From the NCBI GenBank assembly GCA_001823545.1, contig MHUV01000003.1:86398-150397 (forward strand): a stretch of 64,000 nt of DNA, given 5' to 3'. The notes beneath the pieces are model-generated. The model worked only from the letters and a program-made list of their open reading frames with translations. It had not been told where the DNA came from and searched no databases. Positions 38,330-48,038 of the stretch are shown here, piece after piece (within the stretch, counting starts at the first letter, position 1; every line of letters starts with the position of its first letter). The stretch comes from Candidatus Yonathbacteria bacterium RIFCSPLOWO2_01_FULL_43_27 (GTDB taxonomy: Bacteria > Patescibacteriota > Minisyncoccia > Phycocordibacterales > UBA1550). The position numbers and the translations under genes are program-made.

Positions 38330-39565
38330 ATGACATTCCGTCACAGCGTACAAACAGCGTTTAAAGGACTAGAGGCGAATAAATCTCGTTCTTTGCTTAC
38401 TATTCTTGGAATCGTTATTGGAGTCACCGCAATCATCCTCGTCATGGCACTCGGCGAAGGTGCACAAAACCTTATTTTGAACCAAGTGCAAGGAATGGGC
38501 GCGCGCACGATTGCGGTCGGCGCGGGGCGAGAACCCACAGGACCATCTGACGCAGGACAAATTTTTAGCGATTCTCTCAAAAAACGTGACCTCGACCTCC
38601 TCAGTAGAAAAGAAAATGTTCCTGACATCGACCAAATTGTGCCACTAGTATTTGGTTCCGCAAGTGCCTCACACGAGAACGAAACATATGGCCTCACGAT
38701 ATTTGGAGCTTCTTCCGCACTCGAAATAATTTTTGATATGCCATTAGAAGAGGGTGTGTTTTTTGACGAGGAAGACGTTCGCGCACGCGCAAAAAATGCT
38801 GTTATTGGCTCAAAAGTAAAAACGGAACTTTTTGGCGCAGGCGAAGCTCTTGGAGAAACAATAAAATTAAAGGGAAACAATTTTAGGGTAATTGGTATTC
38901 TCGAAGAACGCGGGCAAGATCTTTTTAACTTTGATGAAGCAGCCATTATCCCCTACACTACCGCGCAAGATTATGTTTTAGGAATTAAACACTTTAACCG
39001 CTTTATCGCTCAGGCAACCACCGAGCAAGTTATTAATCAGGCAGCTGAGGAAATCAGACAAACCCTTCGTGAATCACACGAAATTAATGATCCAAACAAG
39101 GACGATTTCTTTGTAACCACACAGGTTGACCTTGCAGCGCGTCTCTCCTCTATTACCGCGGTACTCACTATTTTTCTTACTGCCGTCGCCGCAATCTCTC
39201 TCATTGTAGGAGGTATTGGTATTATGAATATTATGCTTGTTTCGGTAACCGAACGCACCAAAGAAATAGGTCTTCGCAAAGCACTTGGTGCAACATATAA
39301 AAACATTCTGACACAATTTCTTCTTGAGGCCGTGATGCTAACGGGCGTGGGAGGAATTATGGGTATTTTAATTGGTCTCGGACTTTCATTTATCACGTCA
39401 GTTATCCTGACACAATACCTTAATCTTGCATGGCCGTTCTCTGTCCCCGTACCTGCTATTATTCTTGGCCTTGGCGTCTCTGGACTCATAGGACTTGTCT
39501 TTGGACTCTACCCAGCACGTACGGCAGCACGCAAAAGCCCTATCGAAGCACTTCGCTACGAATAA
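38330..39565 (+). CDS. MacB-like ABC permease
   Basis: RSLLTILGIVIGV, ISLIVGGIGIMNIMLVSVTERTKEIG, YPA..AA..PIEALRYE. Confidence 0.95.
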   Translation: MTFRHSVQTAFKGLEANKSRSLLTILGIVIGVTAIILVMALGEGAQNLILNQVQGMGARTIAVGAGREPTGPSDAGQIFSDSLKKRDLDLLSRKENVPDIDQIVPLVFGSASASHENETYGLTIFGASSALEIIFDMPLEEGVFFDEEDVRARAKNAVIGSKVKTELFGAGEALGETIKLKGNNFRVIGILEERGQDLFNFDEAAIIPYTTAQDYVLGIKHFNRFIAQATTEQVINQAAEEIRQTLRESHEINDPNKDDFFVTTQVDLAARLSSITAVLTIFLTAVAAISLIVGGIGIMNIMLVSVTERTKEIGLRKALGATYKNILTQFLLEAVMLTGVGGIMGILIGLGLSFITSVILTQYLNLAWPFSVPVPAIILGLGVSGLIGLVFGLYPARTAARKSPIEALRYE

Positions 39566-39620
39566 CGTGGTTATCACGTATTTAAAAATTTCATTTTTCT
39601 AGTATACTAATACTATTAAT

Positions 39621-40922
39621 ATGAAGTTTGAATTGAAAAAAATATTTTCTCCATCGGTATTCTTGATGAGTCGTTTTCGCTATCCACAAAAATTCCTCAT
39701 TATTAGTATTCTTTTTGCGATCCCTATTGCGCTTGGAGCATATTTTTTCGTAACCAAAATCAACGAGGAAATTAAAACAATTCATTTCGAACAAAATGGG
39801 CTTAAGTATATCACCCCTACACAGAAGCTCCTCAAAGATGTTCAGCAGCATCGAGGACTCACCAGCATATATCTTGGAGGTAATACCGCCATCGCTCAAT
39901 CACTTACCTCAAAAGGAGACGAGGTCGAGCAAGATTTCTTGGAACTTGAGCGTGTAGACGCCGAGGTGGGGAGTCTTCTCCGAATAAAATCTGAACCCTC
40001 ACGTATACGTGACATGAAGAACGAATGGAATGAGATTGAACAAGCTTTCGACAAAGGTACTCTTACTCTCGAAACAAGTTTTAGAACTCATACCAACCTT
40101 CGACAAAACATCATTTTTTTCATGGATGATATCGCAGATAAATCTGACCTCGGGCTCGAACGTCACCTCGATACCTCATACTTGATCGAAATATTCATAA
40201 ATCGTATTCCTGTTATTAGCGAGAGTATGGCACAGTTGCGAGTATCAGGACTTATGCTCCCCGCAGGCAAATCGCTTTCCTCAGGAGAAAAACAGATATT
40301 TATTTCACTTTCCAATACCGCAAATTCATATCTTCAAAAAACAAACCGCCAGATGAATGCTGTATTCCAAGAGAACCCTGCTCTTCAGAGTGATCTTGAA
40401 ACTGTTCTTAATGAAATGACCGAGGCAACTGAAACACTTTTGCAGACTATTGATGAAAAAATTATTCAAGCCGATGTAAACACCATCGAACAAGACGCGT
40501 TTTATGTTTCAACTACACACTTTATTGATAAAGTATTTGATTTTTACACAAAAGCAGTACCTGTTCTCGATAGACACCTCAAAGAACACGTTGATGAACT
40601 TGAAAGACAACGAAATATTCTCTTTTTTGCAGTAGGTATTTCACTCTTTCTGGTTATATATCTCTTTATAGGGTTTTACCTTGGGGTTAAAATGACTATT
40701 GATAACCTAAGGAACGCAACGGGGAGAATGTTGAAGGGAGATAATGAAGATGGTGTTTCGCTCAACACAATGGATGAATTTGGAGAAATTGCAAACGCCT
40801 TCAATATCATCATCAATGCGCTTATCGTTTCAAACAGCAACCTCAAGGACAACCTCGCAAAAAAGGAAGCGATGGAAAAAGTATTTAATGAACAGAAAGA
40901 AAAACTTAAGAATAACAGTTAA
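39621..40922 (+). CDS. Membrane sensor: TM, helical NIT-like extracytoplasmic domain, TM, HAMP; no output domain
   Basis: LLKDVQQHRGLT.IYLGG resembles the NIT domain start; HAMP IDNLRNATGRM.KGD...DEFGEIANAFN; the protein ends in a short coiled coil. Confidence 0.7.
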   Translation: MKFELKKIFSPSVFLMSRFRYPQKFLIISILFAIPIALGAYFFVTKINEEIKTIHFEQNGLKYITPTQKLLKDVQQHRGLTSIYLGGNTAIAQSLTSKGDEVEQDFLELERVDAEVGSLLRIKSEPSRIRDMKNEWNEIEQAFDKGTLTLETSFRTHTNLRQNIIFFMDDIADKSDLGLERHLDTSYLIEIFINRIPVISESMAQLRVSGLMLPAGKSLSSGEKQIFISLSNTANSYLQKTNRQMNAVFQENPALQSDLETVLNEMTEATETLLQTIDEKIIQADVNTIEQDAFYVSTTHFIDKVFDFYTKAVPVLDRHLKEHVDELERQRNILFFAVGISLFLVIYLFIGFYLGVKMTIDNLRNATGRMLKGDNEDGVSLNTMDEFGEIANAFNIIINALIVSNSNLKDNLAKKEAMEKVFNEQKEKLKNNS

Positions 40923-41056
40923 TTCATTCATTTTTTAAAAAGGCTAATATCGACTTTTTAGTACTATGTTTTGTTTACCAATATGATAAACTATGTACAT
41001 AAAAAGATAGAGGGTAAAGATTTACAGGAATAAATAAAGACAATATACCGTATTTT

Positions 41057-42712
41057 ATGAACAACCCAATTACTGAAATAAAGGATGCTCTTCGCCCTCA
41101 CTTTAAAGGTGAACTCCTTGAAGACGACGCGTCTTGCGCAGCGTGTGCCAACGATGCAAGTATTTTCGAAGTTACCCCTCTTCTCGTGGCGCGTCCACGA
41201 GACGTAGACGATATTAAAAATATTGTGCGCTTTGTTTCAGAACACAACAAAAAGAACCCTGCCCTCTCTATTACTCCCCGTGCTGCAGGTACCGGAATGG
41301 CAGGAGGCGCACTCACACCTTCTATTGTCCTTGAAGTCAAAAACCTTAATACCATTAAAGAAGTCACTGACACGTACGCGGTTACCGAGCCAGGAGTATT
41401 TTATCGCGACCTCGAACGCGCAACGCTTGAGCGAAATCGAATTATGCCTTCGTACCCAGCTTCAAAACAGCTTTGTGCAGTCGGTGGTATGGTCGGGACC
41501 AATGCCTCAGGAGAAAAAACGCTTAACTATGGATCGACTGATCGCTATGTCCAAAAACTAAAGGTGGTGCTCGCTGATGGAAACGAATATTCTTTTGGAC
41601 CACTTACCAAAAACGAGCTTGACGAAAAAACAAAACTCACTACGTTTGAAGGCGAAGTGTATCGTAAAATGTATGACCTTATTGAGAAAAATTATGAAAT
41701 CATCAAAAGCGCAAAACCACGCGTATCAAAAAATTGTGCCGGTTATTCACTATGGAATGTATGGGACCGTACGACGTTTGACCTCACAAAATTGTTCACC
41801 GGCTCAGAGGGAACACTTGGTATTACCACCGAAATAACCTTCAAGCTCGTTGAACCAAAACCTCAAACAAAACTTCTTGTCATTTTTATACGTGACCTTG
41901 AAAAGCTTCCTGAGGTTGTGGGGGCCGTTCTCAACCACAAACCAGAAACATTTGAATCCTATGATGACAATACGTTGAAATTTGCCATTCGCTTTTTCCC
42001 TGATATTATGCGCTCACTTAAAGCGCGTGGGTTCTTTAAGCTTGCAATCAATTTTATTCCTGAATTCTTTATGGCACTTACGGGCGGTATCCCAAAGCTC
42101 GTACTCCTTGCTGAATTTACCGGAACTGAAGAGGGAGAGGTGCTCGCTCGTGCCGAAACGGCGCGAAGAGATATTTCCTCTCTCGGACTTAAAACCTATA
42201 TTGCTGTTAACAAAGAAGACGCCGAGAAATATTGGACTATTCGCCACGAAAGTTTCAATCTCTTGCGCCATCATGGCGGTAAAAAACGTACCGCACCTTT
42301 TATTGAAGACATTGTCGTTGCCCCTTCTCATTTACCAGAGTTCCTCCCACGTCTTACAAAACTTCTCAATGAGCATAAACTTGTATACACCGTTGCGGGA
42401 CACATTGGTGACGGCAATCTCCATATTATCCCTCTCATGGACCTCCGCAAAACCGCCGAACGTGATATGATTTTAGAGCTTTCAAAAAAGGTATTTGCTC
42501 TTGTTCTTGAATATGGTGGTTCAATATCAGGAGAACACAACGACGGGCTTATCCGTACACCATTCCTTAAGCAAATGTATGGTGAGGCAATTTATAAGCT
42601 CTTTGAAGAAACAAAGAATATTTTTGATCCACAACATATTTTTAACCCTGGTAAAAAAGTGTTTGGTAACAGTATTGAATTCGTCAAAGAACATATCGAC
42701 AAGGTATACTAA
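41057..42712 (+). CDS. FAD-linked oxidase/dehydrogenase (GlcD / D-lactate dehydrogenase-like)
   Basis: RAAGTGMAGGA, GGMVGTNASG, GSEGTLG, GHIGDGNLH, SGEHNDG, FDP..IFNPGK. Confidence 0.92.
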   Translation: MNNPITEIKDALRPHFKGELLEDDASCAACANDASIFEVTPLLVARPRDVDDIKNIVRFVSEHNKKNPALSITPRAAGTGMAGGALTPSIVLEVKNLNTIKEVTDTYAVTEPGVFYRDLERATLERNRIMPSYPASKQLCAVGGMVGTNASGEKTLNYGSTDRYVQKLKVVLADGNEYSFGPLTKNELDEKTKLTTFEGEVYRKMYDLIEKNYEIIKSAKPRVSKNCAGYSLWNVWDRTTFDLTKLFTGSEGTLGITTEITFKLVEPKPQTKLLVIFIRDLEKLPEVVGAVLNHKPETFESYDDNTLKFAIRFFPDIMRSLKARGFFKLAINFIPEFFMALTGGIPKLVLLAEFTGTEEGEVLARAETARRDISSLGLKTYIAVNKEDAEKYWTIRHESFNLLRHHGGKKRTAPFIEDIVVAPSHLPEFLPRLTKLLNEHKLVYTVAGHIGDGNLHIIPLMDLRKTAERDMILELSKKVFALVLEYGGSISGEHNDGLIRTPFLKQMYGEAIYKLFEETKNIFDPQHIFNPGKKVFGNSIEFVKEHIDKVY

Positions 42713-42720
42713 CAACACCA

Positions 42721-42771
42721 GTTACCTTCAACAAAAAAACCGCACAGTGCGGTTTTTTTGTTGAAGGTAAC
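42721..42771. terminator. Long bidirectional hairpin (25-bp arms, 1-nt loop)
   Basis: GTTACCTTCAACAAAAAAACCGCAC-A-GTGCGGTTTTTTTGTTGAAGGTAAC between convergent genes. Confidence 0.8.
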
Positions 42772-42776
42772 ATTAT

Positions 42777-43385
42777 CTACACACCACATTCCGTACACAC
42801 ATTTGCATTTTGAGATGGTGGCACTCGTTTTGCGCTTCCTAAGAGATTTGAACCTTTTTGTTGCATTTCAAAACCTACACGTGCATGAGGAGACAAGAGC
42901 GCCACCACGACTGCATAAATTAACTCAGCTGCTCCTGCCAAGGAGAATACAAGGATAATCATCCATCCCGCACTGAAGATGCCAGTAATCGCTGTATAGT
43001 AAAGTACGATTGTTCCTAACGCAACCCATACCCCTACGCACCACGGGCACCCTAAAATATCTGAAATAAGCCTCCTGAGTCCTTTTAAATATTTCTCTTG
43101 CCTTACAAAAACTGCACCAGTCAAAGGATCGTTGATTGAGACTTTTTTCATACAAAGATCACGGAGCCATTCCGTAATATGATCTGCAACAAAGAGTCTC
43201 GTTAAGCGAAATGTGGTCAACGAAATAAGCAAAAAATGAAACGGCGAAATTTCTGAGATCACCTGCATTGCTTCTACTCCAGCTATTGTTACTATTTTTA
43301 TTATTACCACCATAAAAACAATGATCGCAATAATGTTCCAAAAGTAAAGACTATCTCGTGTTGTTTTTAATTCTAAGGTATCCAT
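42777..43385 (-). CDS. DUF1360-like membrane protein with CPWC and C-terminal CTEC motifs
   Basis: LTTFRLTRLFVAD.I..WLR and ILGCPWCVGVW; starts 21 nt after the nirK stop. Confidence 0.8.
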   Translation of the reverse strand: MDTLELKTTRDSLYFWNIIAIIVFMVVIIKIVTIAGVEAMQVISEISPFHFLLISLTTFRLTRLFVADHITEWLRDLCMKKVSINDPLTGAVFVRQEKYLKGLRRLISDILGCPWCVGVWVALGTIVLYYTAITGIFSAGWMIILVFSLAGAAELIYAVVVALLSPHARVGFEMQQKGSNLLGSAKRVPPSQNANVCTECGV

Positions 43386-43406
43386 AGAGAACTATTTTAA
43401 TGATGT

Positions 43407-44669
43407 TTAGTATCCGTGATGATTCATCGTCGGCATTATTCCTGCAGTCGTTGTGTTGCTTTTTATTTCCGAAAAGATCTCAGGATTCTCGTCACCTTTT
43501 ACGATTGCGGTTGCCCACGCACCCTTATTCATTCGTGCAAGAGCGTGATCAACAAGCACAAGTTTACCAGGGACCTCTGCAACAAACTCAACAACCGCTG
43601 CCCCTCCTGCAGGAATAATCGTTGTTTGAACATTTTTAAAGAGCGCGGAGTTTTTACCCATTGCACCTTCTGGATATACCGTATCAAAAATTTCACCGAT
43701 AATATGGAATGAGGAGACAAGATTTACACCACCATTTCCAACATACATACGGACGCGTTCACCACGATTAATTTCCATACCAGTTTCTTTTTCGATACGC
43801 CCATTGAACGTAACGTACGTTGGATTACCGTCAATAAGTTTCTTTGCGTCAAAAACGGTCATTCCTTGGCGCCCTATGTCACCCTGCGTATAAAGCTCTC
43901 CCTGCATCACATAAAATTCTTTATCAACCTTTGGCAACCCCTCTTCAGGTTCTACGAGGATGAGACCGTACTGCCCGTGAGAGCTGTGAGTGCTAACATT
44001 TGCCGTTGCACAGTGATACACGTAGATCCCCGGCTGAACTGCTTTCCATTTAAAGCTTTTTGTTTCGCCGGGAACAACATTCGTAAGGGTCGCGCCACCA
44101 CCAGGACCATTAACTGAATGTAAGTCAATGTTATGAGTATGAAGACTTGTTATGTCGTTCGTGAGATTGATGACCACCGTATCACCAGTTCGTACGCGAA
44201 GCATCGGTCCAGGAACCTGCTTGTTGTAGGTCCAGAAGTTGAAGTATATATTAGGTGCTATCTCAGAAATTACTTCAGTAGCCGTTAAGTTAAATTCGAC
44301 AGTTTCTGAGGTTGTGCGTGTAATAGGTGGTGGGACCGCATTATAGTCGGCCCCAATGTCCTCGATACGTGGGAAATTTGGTTCGCTCGCGAAAAACTTC
44401 GAAATATTTGCAAGTGGTAAATACGGTGCGAGACCACCAGGTGCCATCGTGTGCATAAATGGTGGCATTGCAAAATCAGGAGCATACGTTTTATACGAAT
44501 ACGTACCAAAGAATATGGCTCCAATGAGTACTAAAACAGAAATGATGATCGCTGGTCTCAGGAATATTTCCTTAAACGTAACATTCCTTACTAAAAAAAA
44601 TGCGAGGGCGAGAAGTGATATACCCCCTACAAACCACGAAAGTACATAATAAATTGTGTAGTCGTACAT
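43407..44669 (-). CDS. nirK: Copper-containing nitrite reductase with two N-terminal TM helices
   Basis: VPGPMLRVR.GD, HNIDLH, YVYHC..H, EFYVMQGELY, GERVRMYVGNGG.N..SSFHIIGEIFD.VY, VQTT.IPAGGA, LVDHA. Confidence 0.93.
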   Translation of the reverse strand: MYDYTIYYVLSWFVGGISLLALAFFLVRNVTFKEIFLRPAIIISVLVLIGAIFFGTYSYKTYAPDFAMPPFMHTMAPGGLAPYLPLANISKFFASEPNFPRIEDIGADYNAVPPPITRTTSETVEFNLTATEVISEIAPNIYFNFWTYNKQVPGPMLRVRTGDTVVINLTNDITSLHTHNIDLHSVNGPGGGATLTNVVPGETKSFKWKAVQPGIYVYHCATANVSTHSSHGQYGLILVEPEEGLPKVDKEFYVMQGELYTQGDIGRQGMTVFDAKKLIDGNPTYVTFNGRIEKETGMEINRGERVRMYVGNGGVNLVSSFHIIGEIFDTVYPEGAMGKNSALFKNVQTTIIPAGGAAVVEFVAEVPGKLVLVDHALARMNKGAWATAIVKGDENPEIFSEIKSNTTTAGIMPTMNHHGY

Positions 44670-44783
44670 AAAAAATTTGCTATTAGATTATTATTGTTTG
44701 CTTTGTTCTTTTATATTTTATCACGAAAAAATAAACTATCACAAGAAAAGTTGTCCACACAAAAAAAATAAATATTGGTACTG

Positions 44784-44812
44784 CTTTTTATGAGCGACGT
44801 AGGGCGAGTGAA
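44784..44812 (+). repeat. Dispersed repeat copy, matching 18792-18820
   Basis: CTTTTTATGAGCGACGTAGGGCGAGTGAA vs CTTTTTATTAGCGACGTAGAGCGAGCGAA. Confidence 0.65.
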
Positions 44813-44841
44813 CTACCTCAAGACTTTACCCCGAGGATCTT

Positions 44842-45639
44842 TTATTTTTTTGAAACTGCCAAACTGAGCAAGAAAATAACAAGCGCGACGAGCACAATAG
44901 CTCCCCCTGAAGCGAGATTGAAATAATATGACGTAAAAAGTCCTATTAAAACAGAGAGTAGAGAAAAAATAACCGAGAGGATCAGTGTGGCACGAAACCC
45001 GCGACCATATTGTACTGCAGAGATAACTGGAATTACCATAAGCGCACCAATGAGGAGTACCCCAACGATACGAATAGAAAGTGCAACCGTGATGGCAGCG
45101 AGTAATACAATCGTAAAATTAAGGCGTCGTACAGGAAGTCCACTCGCTTGCGCAAGCTCTTCATCGAACGATACAAAAAACAATTCCTTATACAAAAGGA
45201 CAACGTTCAGAAACACCATAACCGCAAGCGCAACGATTATCCACACGTCGGTTTGTGAGACCGTTGAAATACTTCCAAAGAGATACCCAAACAGACTAGC
45301 ATTAAACCCTTTTGCAAGAGAAAGGATTACAACCGCAAGCGCAAGTGACCCTGACAGGAAGAGCGCGAGCACTGACTCACTAAATACGCGACGCGAAGCG
45401 CGCAACTGCTCTATACCAAGAGAAGCTACGACAGATAAAATGATTGCCGAGAGCACGGGGTTAATACGAAAAAGAAGTCCAATTGCCACCCCTGCAAGCG
45501 ACGTATGTGCGAGGGTGTCCGCGAGCAAGGAATATCTACGCACAACAAGAAACATACCAATAAGTGGTGCGATAACTGCAATCGCAATTCCTGCTTCAAA
45601 CGCACGCACCATAAAACTATATTGAAAAATATCAAGCAT
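44842..45639 (-). CDS. znuB: Zn/Mn ABC transporter permease
   Basis: DTLAHTSLAG, YLFGSI, FDEELA, VGVLLIGALMVIP. Confidence 0.9.
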   Translation of the reverse strand: MLDIFQYSFMVRAFEAGIAIAVIAPLIGMFLVVRRYSLLADTLAHTSLAGVAIGLLFRINPVLSAIILSVVASLGIEQLRASRRVFSESVLALFLSGSLALAVVILSLAKGFNASLFGYLFGSISTVSQTDVWIIVALAVMVFLNVVLLYKELFFVSFDEELAQASGLPVRRLNFTIVLLAAITVALSIRIVGVLLIGALMVIPVISAVQYGRGFRATLILSVIFSLLSVLIGLFTSYYFNLASGGAIVLVALVIFLLSLAVSKK

Positions 45640-45648
45640 AAAAATGTA

Positions 45649-46401
45649 TTAGTGTGTATGAGCACGTTTCCCCTGTCCCCCGTACAATCGCTCGAGGGTA
45701 TGGTCAGACAAGAGATCCTTGGACGTACCGTGGCACACCAAATTATGGTTGAGACACAGCACGGTTCCTGTCTCCTGCGACACCATATCTACATCGTGAG
45801 ACACAAACACAATAGTAAGGTTGTGATCACGATTAAGTGACGCGAGGAATTCATAGAACTTCTTTTGTGCACCGATGTCTACTCCCACTGTAGGCTCATC
45901 GAGCACCAGCACATCTGGTTCACTTGCTAAAGCACGTGCAATAAAAACACGTTGTCGCTCACCTCCTGAGAGCTTGCTTATGAGCGTGTTTTTATATTTC
46001 TCAATACCCGAAACCTCCATCGCACGCTGAACCGCCTCAATATCTTTTTTAGTAAACCCAAGAAAAAAGCCGAGGCGTGGGACACGACCGCTTTTCACTA
46101 CTTCAAATACCGTCGCAGGGAATCCTCGCTCTGCTCGAGTAACACGCTGAGGAACATACCCAATACGATATTGTTCCTTAAAATCATGACGATCCTTTCC
46201 AAAAAGCTTCACCGTGCCATCCGTCTGATGAAGAAGTCCTAATATAATTTTCAACAGTGTTGTCTTCCCTCCTCCATTAGGCCCAATGATGCCGAGGTAC
46301 TCCCCTTTCCTTACCGTAAAAGAAAGGTTTTCAAGAACAGGAGTTTCGTCATATTTAAAACTCACGTTATCTAGTTCGATGTATGGTTCTGGAAGGTTCA
46401 T
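45649..46401 (-). CDS. znuC: Zn/Mn ABC transporter ATP-binding protein
   Basis: GPNGGGKTT, IGYVPQ, LSGGERQR, LDEPT.GVD, VSHD, His-containing tail. Confidence 0.9.
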   Translation of the reverse strand: MNLPEPYIELDNVSFKYDETPVLENLSFTVRKGEYLGIIGPNGGGKTTLLKIILGLLHQTDGTVKLFGKDRHDFKEQYRIGYVPQRVTRAERGFPATVFEVVKSGRVPRLGFFLGFTKKDIEAVQRAMEVSGIEKYKNTLISKLSGGERQRVFIARALASEPDVLVLDEPTVGVDIGAQKKFYEFLASLNRDHNLTIVFVSHDVDMVSQETGTVLCLNHNLVCHGTSKDLLSDHTLERLYGGQGKRAHTH

Positions 46402-46439
46402 AGTATATAAATGCGTGTTGATAGTATCAATAGTGATAA

Positions 46440-47369
46440 TTACCCCTGACAACCGAGCGCAATACGCAAATTAATGAGATTTTTCTCCATAAGAGAACGA
46501 TAATCCTCCCCTGATTGTACCTCATGTGGGGTAAGGTTTTCAATAGGATTTAACACAAGAACTCCTCCACTGATTTCCCGTGCGATGGTCTCTGCAAGTT
46601 TTGGACTTACCGTCGTCTCAAAAAAAACATATTTCACCTTCTTTTCTTTTGCAAGATCGATAATGCGCATTAATTCTTTTGCGGAAGGTTCTTCGTCTGG
46701 CGAGATTCCTGCAATAGAAGTCATTTTTAGCCCATACTGCCGTGCAAGATATCCAAACGCTTCGTGCGAGACGACAATATCACGAAGTACACACGAGGCA
46801 AGACCTTCATCGAAACGTTTATCGAGAAGCGTAATTTCTTGCAGTGCGCGCTCAGCATTTTCTGTATAGAATCCCTGATTGCTTGGATCAACCTCTATGA
46901 GCATATTTTTAATAACCTCAATTTCCTTTTGGACAATATGTGGGTCAAGCCAAATATGAGGATCGAATTTCCCGTTATTCACCATAAGCTCTACACCACG
47001 GGAAGTAAGCTCACTCGTCATATTGAGCGTTTTCTTTGGACGAGGGAATTCCCCACTCGCCCATCGTTCAACCCACGGTTCAAACGAAGCACCATTGTAC
47101 ACAAAAAAATCAGCAGTGCCCAACAGCACGAGGTCGCGCGGAAGTGGCTCAAAATCATGTGGCTCTGATCCTGAAGGAGTAAAGTTATGTACCGTAACGA
47201 GATCGCCTCCTACTGCCTCAACAAAATATTGAAGAGGGTAAAAACTCGTAACTACCGAAATTTTATTTTTATCAAGTTTTTTTGACGATTGGTCTCCTAC
47301 AATAAAAAATGTGCTTGCAATAAGTGCGCCAAAAACAATAATAAACACCGTAAATTTTTTATTAACCAT
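46440..47369 (-). CDS. znuA: Zn ABC transporter substrate-binding protein
   Basis: EPHDFEP, DPHIWLDP, SHEAFGYLA, NPIE. Confidence 0.9.
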   Translation of the reverse strand: MVNKKFTVFIIVFGALIASTFFIVGDQSSKKLDKNKISVVTSFYPLQYFVEAVGGDLVTVHNFTPSGSEPHDFEPLPRDLVLLGTADFFVYNGASFEPWVERWASGEFPRPKKTLNMTSELTSRGVELMVNNGKFDPHIWLDPHIVQKEIEVIKNMLIEVDPSNQGFYTENAERALQEITLLDKRFDEGLASCVLRDIVVSHEAFGYLARQYGLKMTSIAGISPDEEPSAKELMRIIDLAKEKKVKYVFFETTVSPKLAETIAREISGGVLVLNPIENLTPHEVQSGEDYRSLMEKNLINLRIALGCQG

Positions 47370-47387
47370 AAATGTATGCACAGTATA

Positions 47388-47954
47388 CTATGAGGTAATA
47401 GTTTCCAGAAGAGATTCTCTCCCCATCTTGGTTCGCGCCGAGTAAGGGAAAATCTTTGTAGCGAGCGTTGCCTCAATATTTTTAAGATTGTGTGCGCGCT
47501 CTGTTTGGTTGAGACGATCAACTTTATTTGCCACAACGACAAAAGGGTGTCCTTCTCTACGAAGAATATCAACCATCTCCTTATCATACGCTGAAGGTTT
47601 GATGCATGCGTCCACAACGAGCACGACGAAACGTGGGTGCACTTCACCACCCGAAAGATACCACAAGATAAGTTTGCGAAGTTTTTCACCCCCCTGCGCT
47701 CCCATAAGGGCATATCCATACCCGGGAAGGTCCACAAAGTAGAACTTTTTATTAATCAAAAAGTAGTTAATTTCTTTTGTTTTGCCCGGGGTAGCACTTG
47801 ATTTTACCAAATCCTTGCGGAGTACAAGCGAATTGATAACGCTCGATTTACCCACATTTGACCTTCCCACAAAGGCTATATGGGGAATTTGGTCGTTCAA
47901 AATAGGGTCCGTTCCAATAATACCCTTTATAAATTCTGCGCTTTTTATCTCCAT
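47388..47954 (-). CDS. engB: GTP-binding protein EngB/YihA
   Basis: GRSNVGKSS.IN, S.TPGKT, VDLPGYG, NKVD. Confidence 0.95.
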   Translation of the reverse strand: MEIKSAEFIKGIIGTDPILNDQIPHIAFVGRSNVGKSSVINSLVLRKDLVKSSATPGKTKEINYFLINKKFYFVDLPGYGYALMGAQGGEKLRKLILWYLSGGEVHPRFVVLVVDACIKPSAYDKEMVDILRREGHPFVVVANKVDRLNQTERAHNLKNIEATLATKIFPYSARTKMGRESLLETITS

Positions 47955-48038
47955 ACCTCTATTCAAGCACAAATTAGGATAATATAAAATGCACGTGATA
48001 TAATATCAGTACTTACTGGTTAATTACATAAATTATAC

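Noticed and set aside
36058-39565. MacAB-type transporter as a novel system
   Set aside because: Common three-gene module; nothing unusual beyond a long helical insertion in the adaptor.
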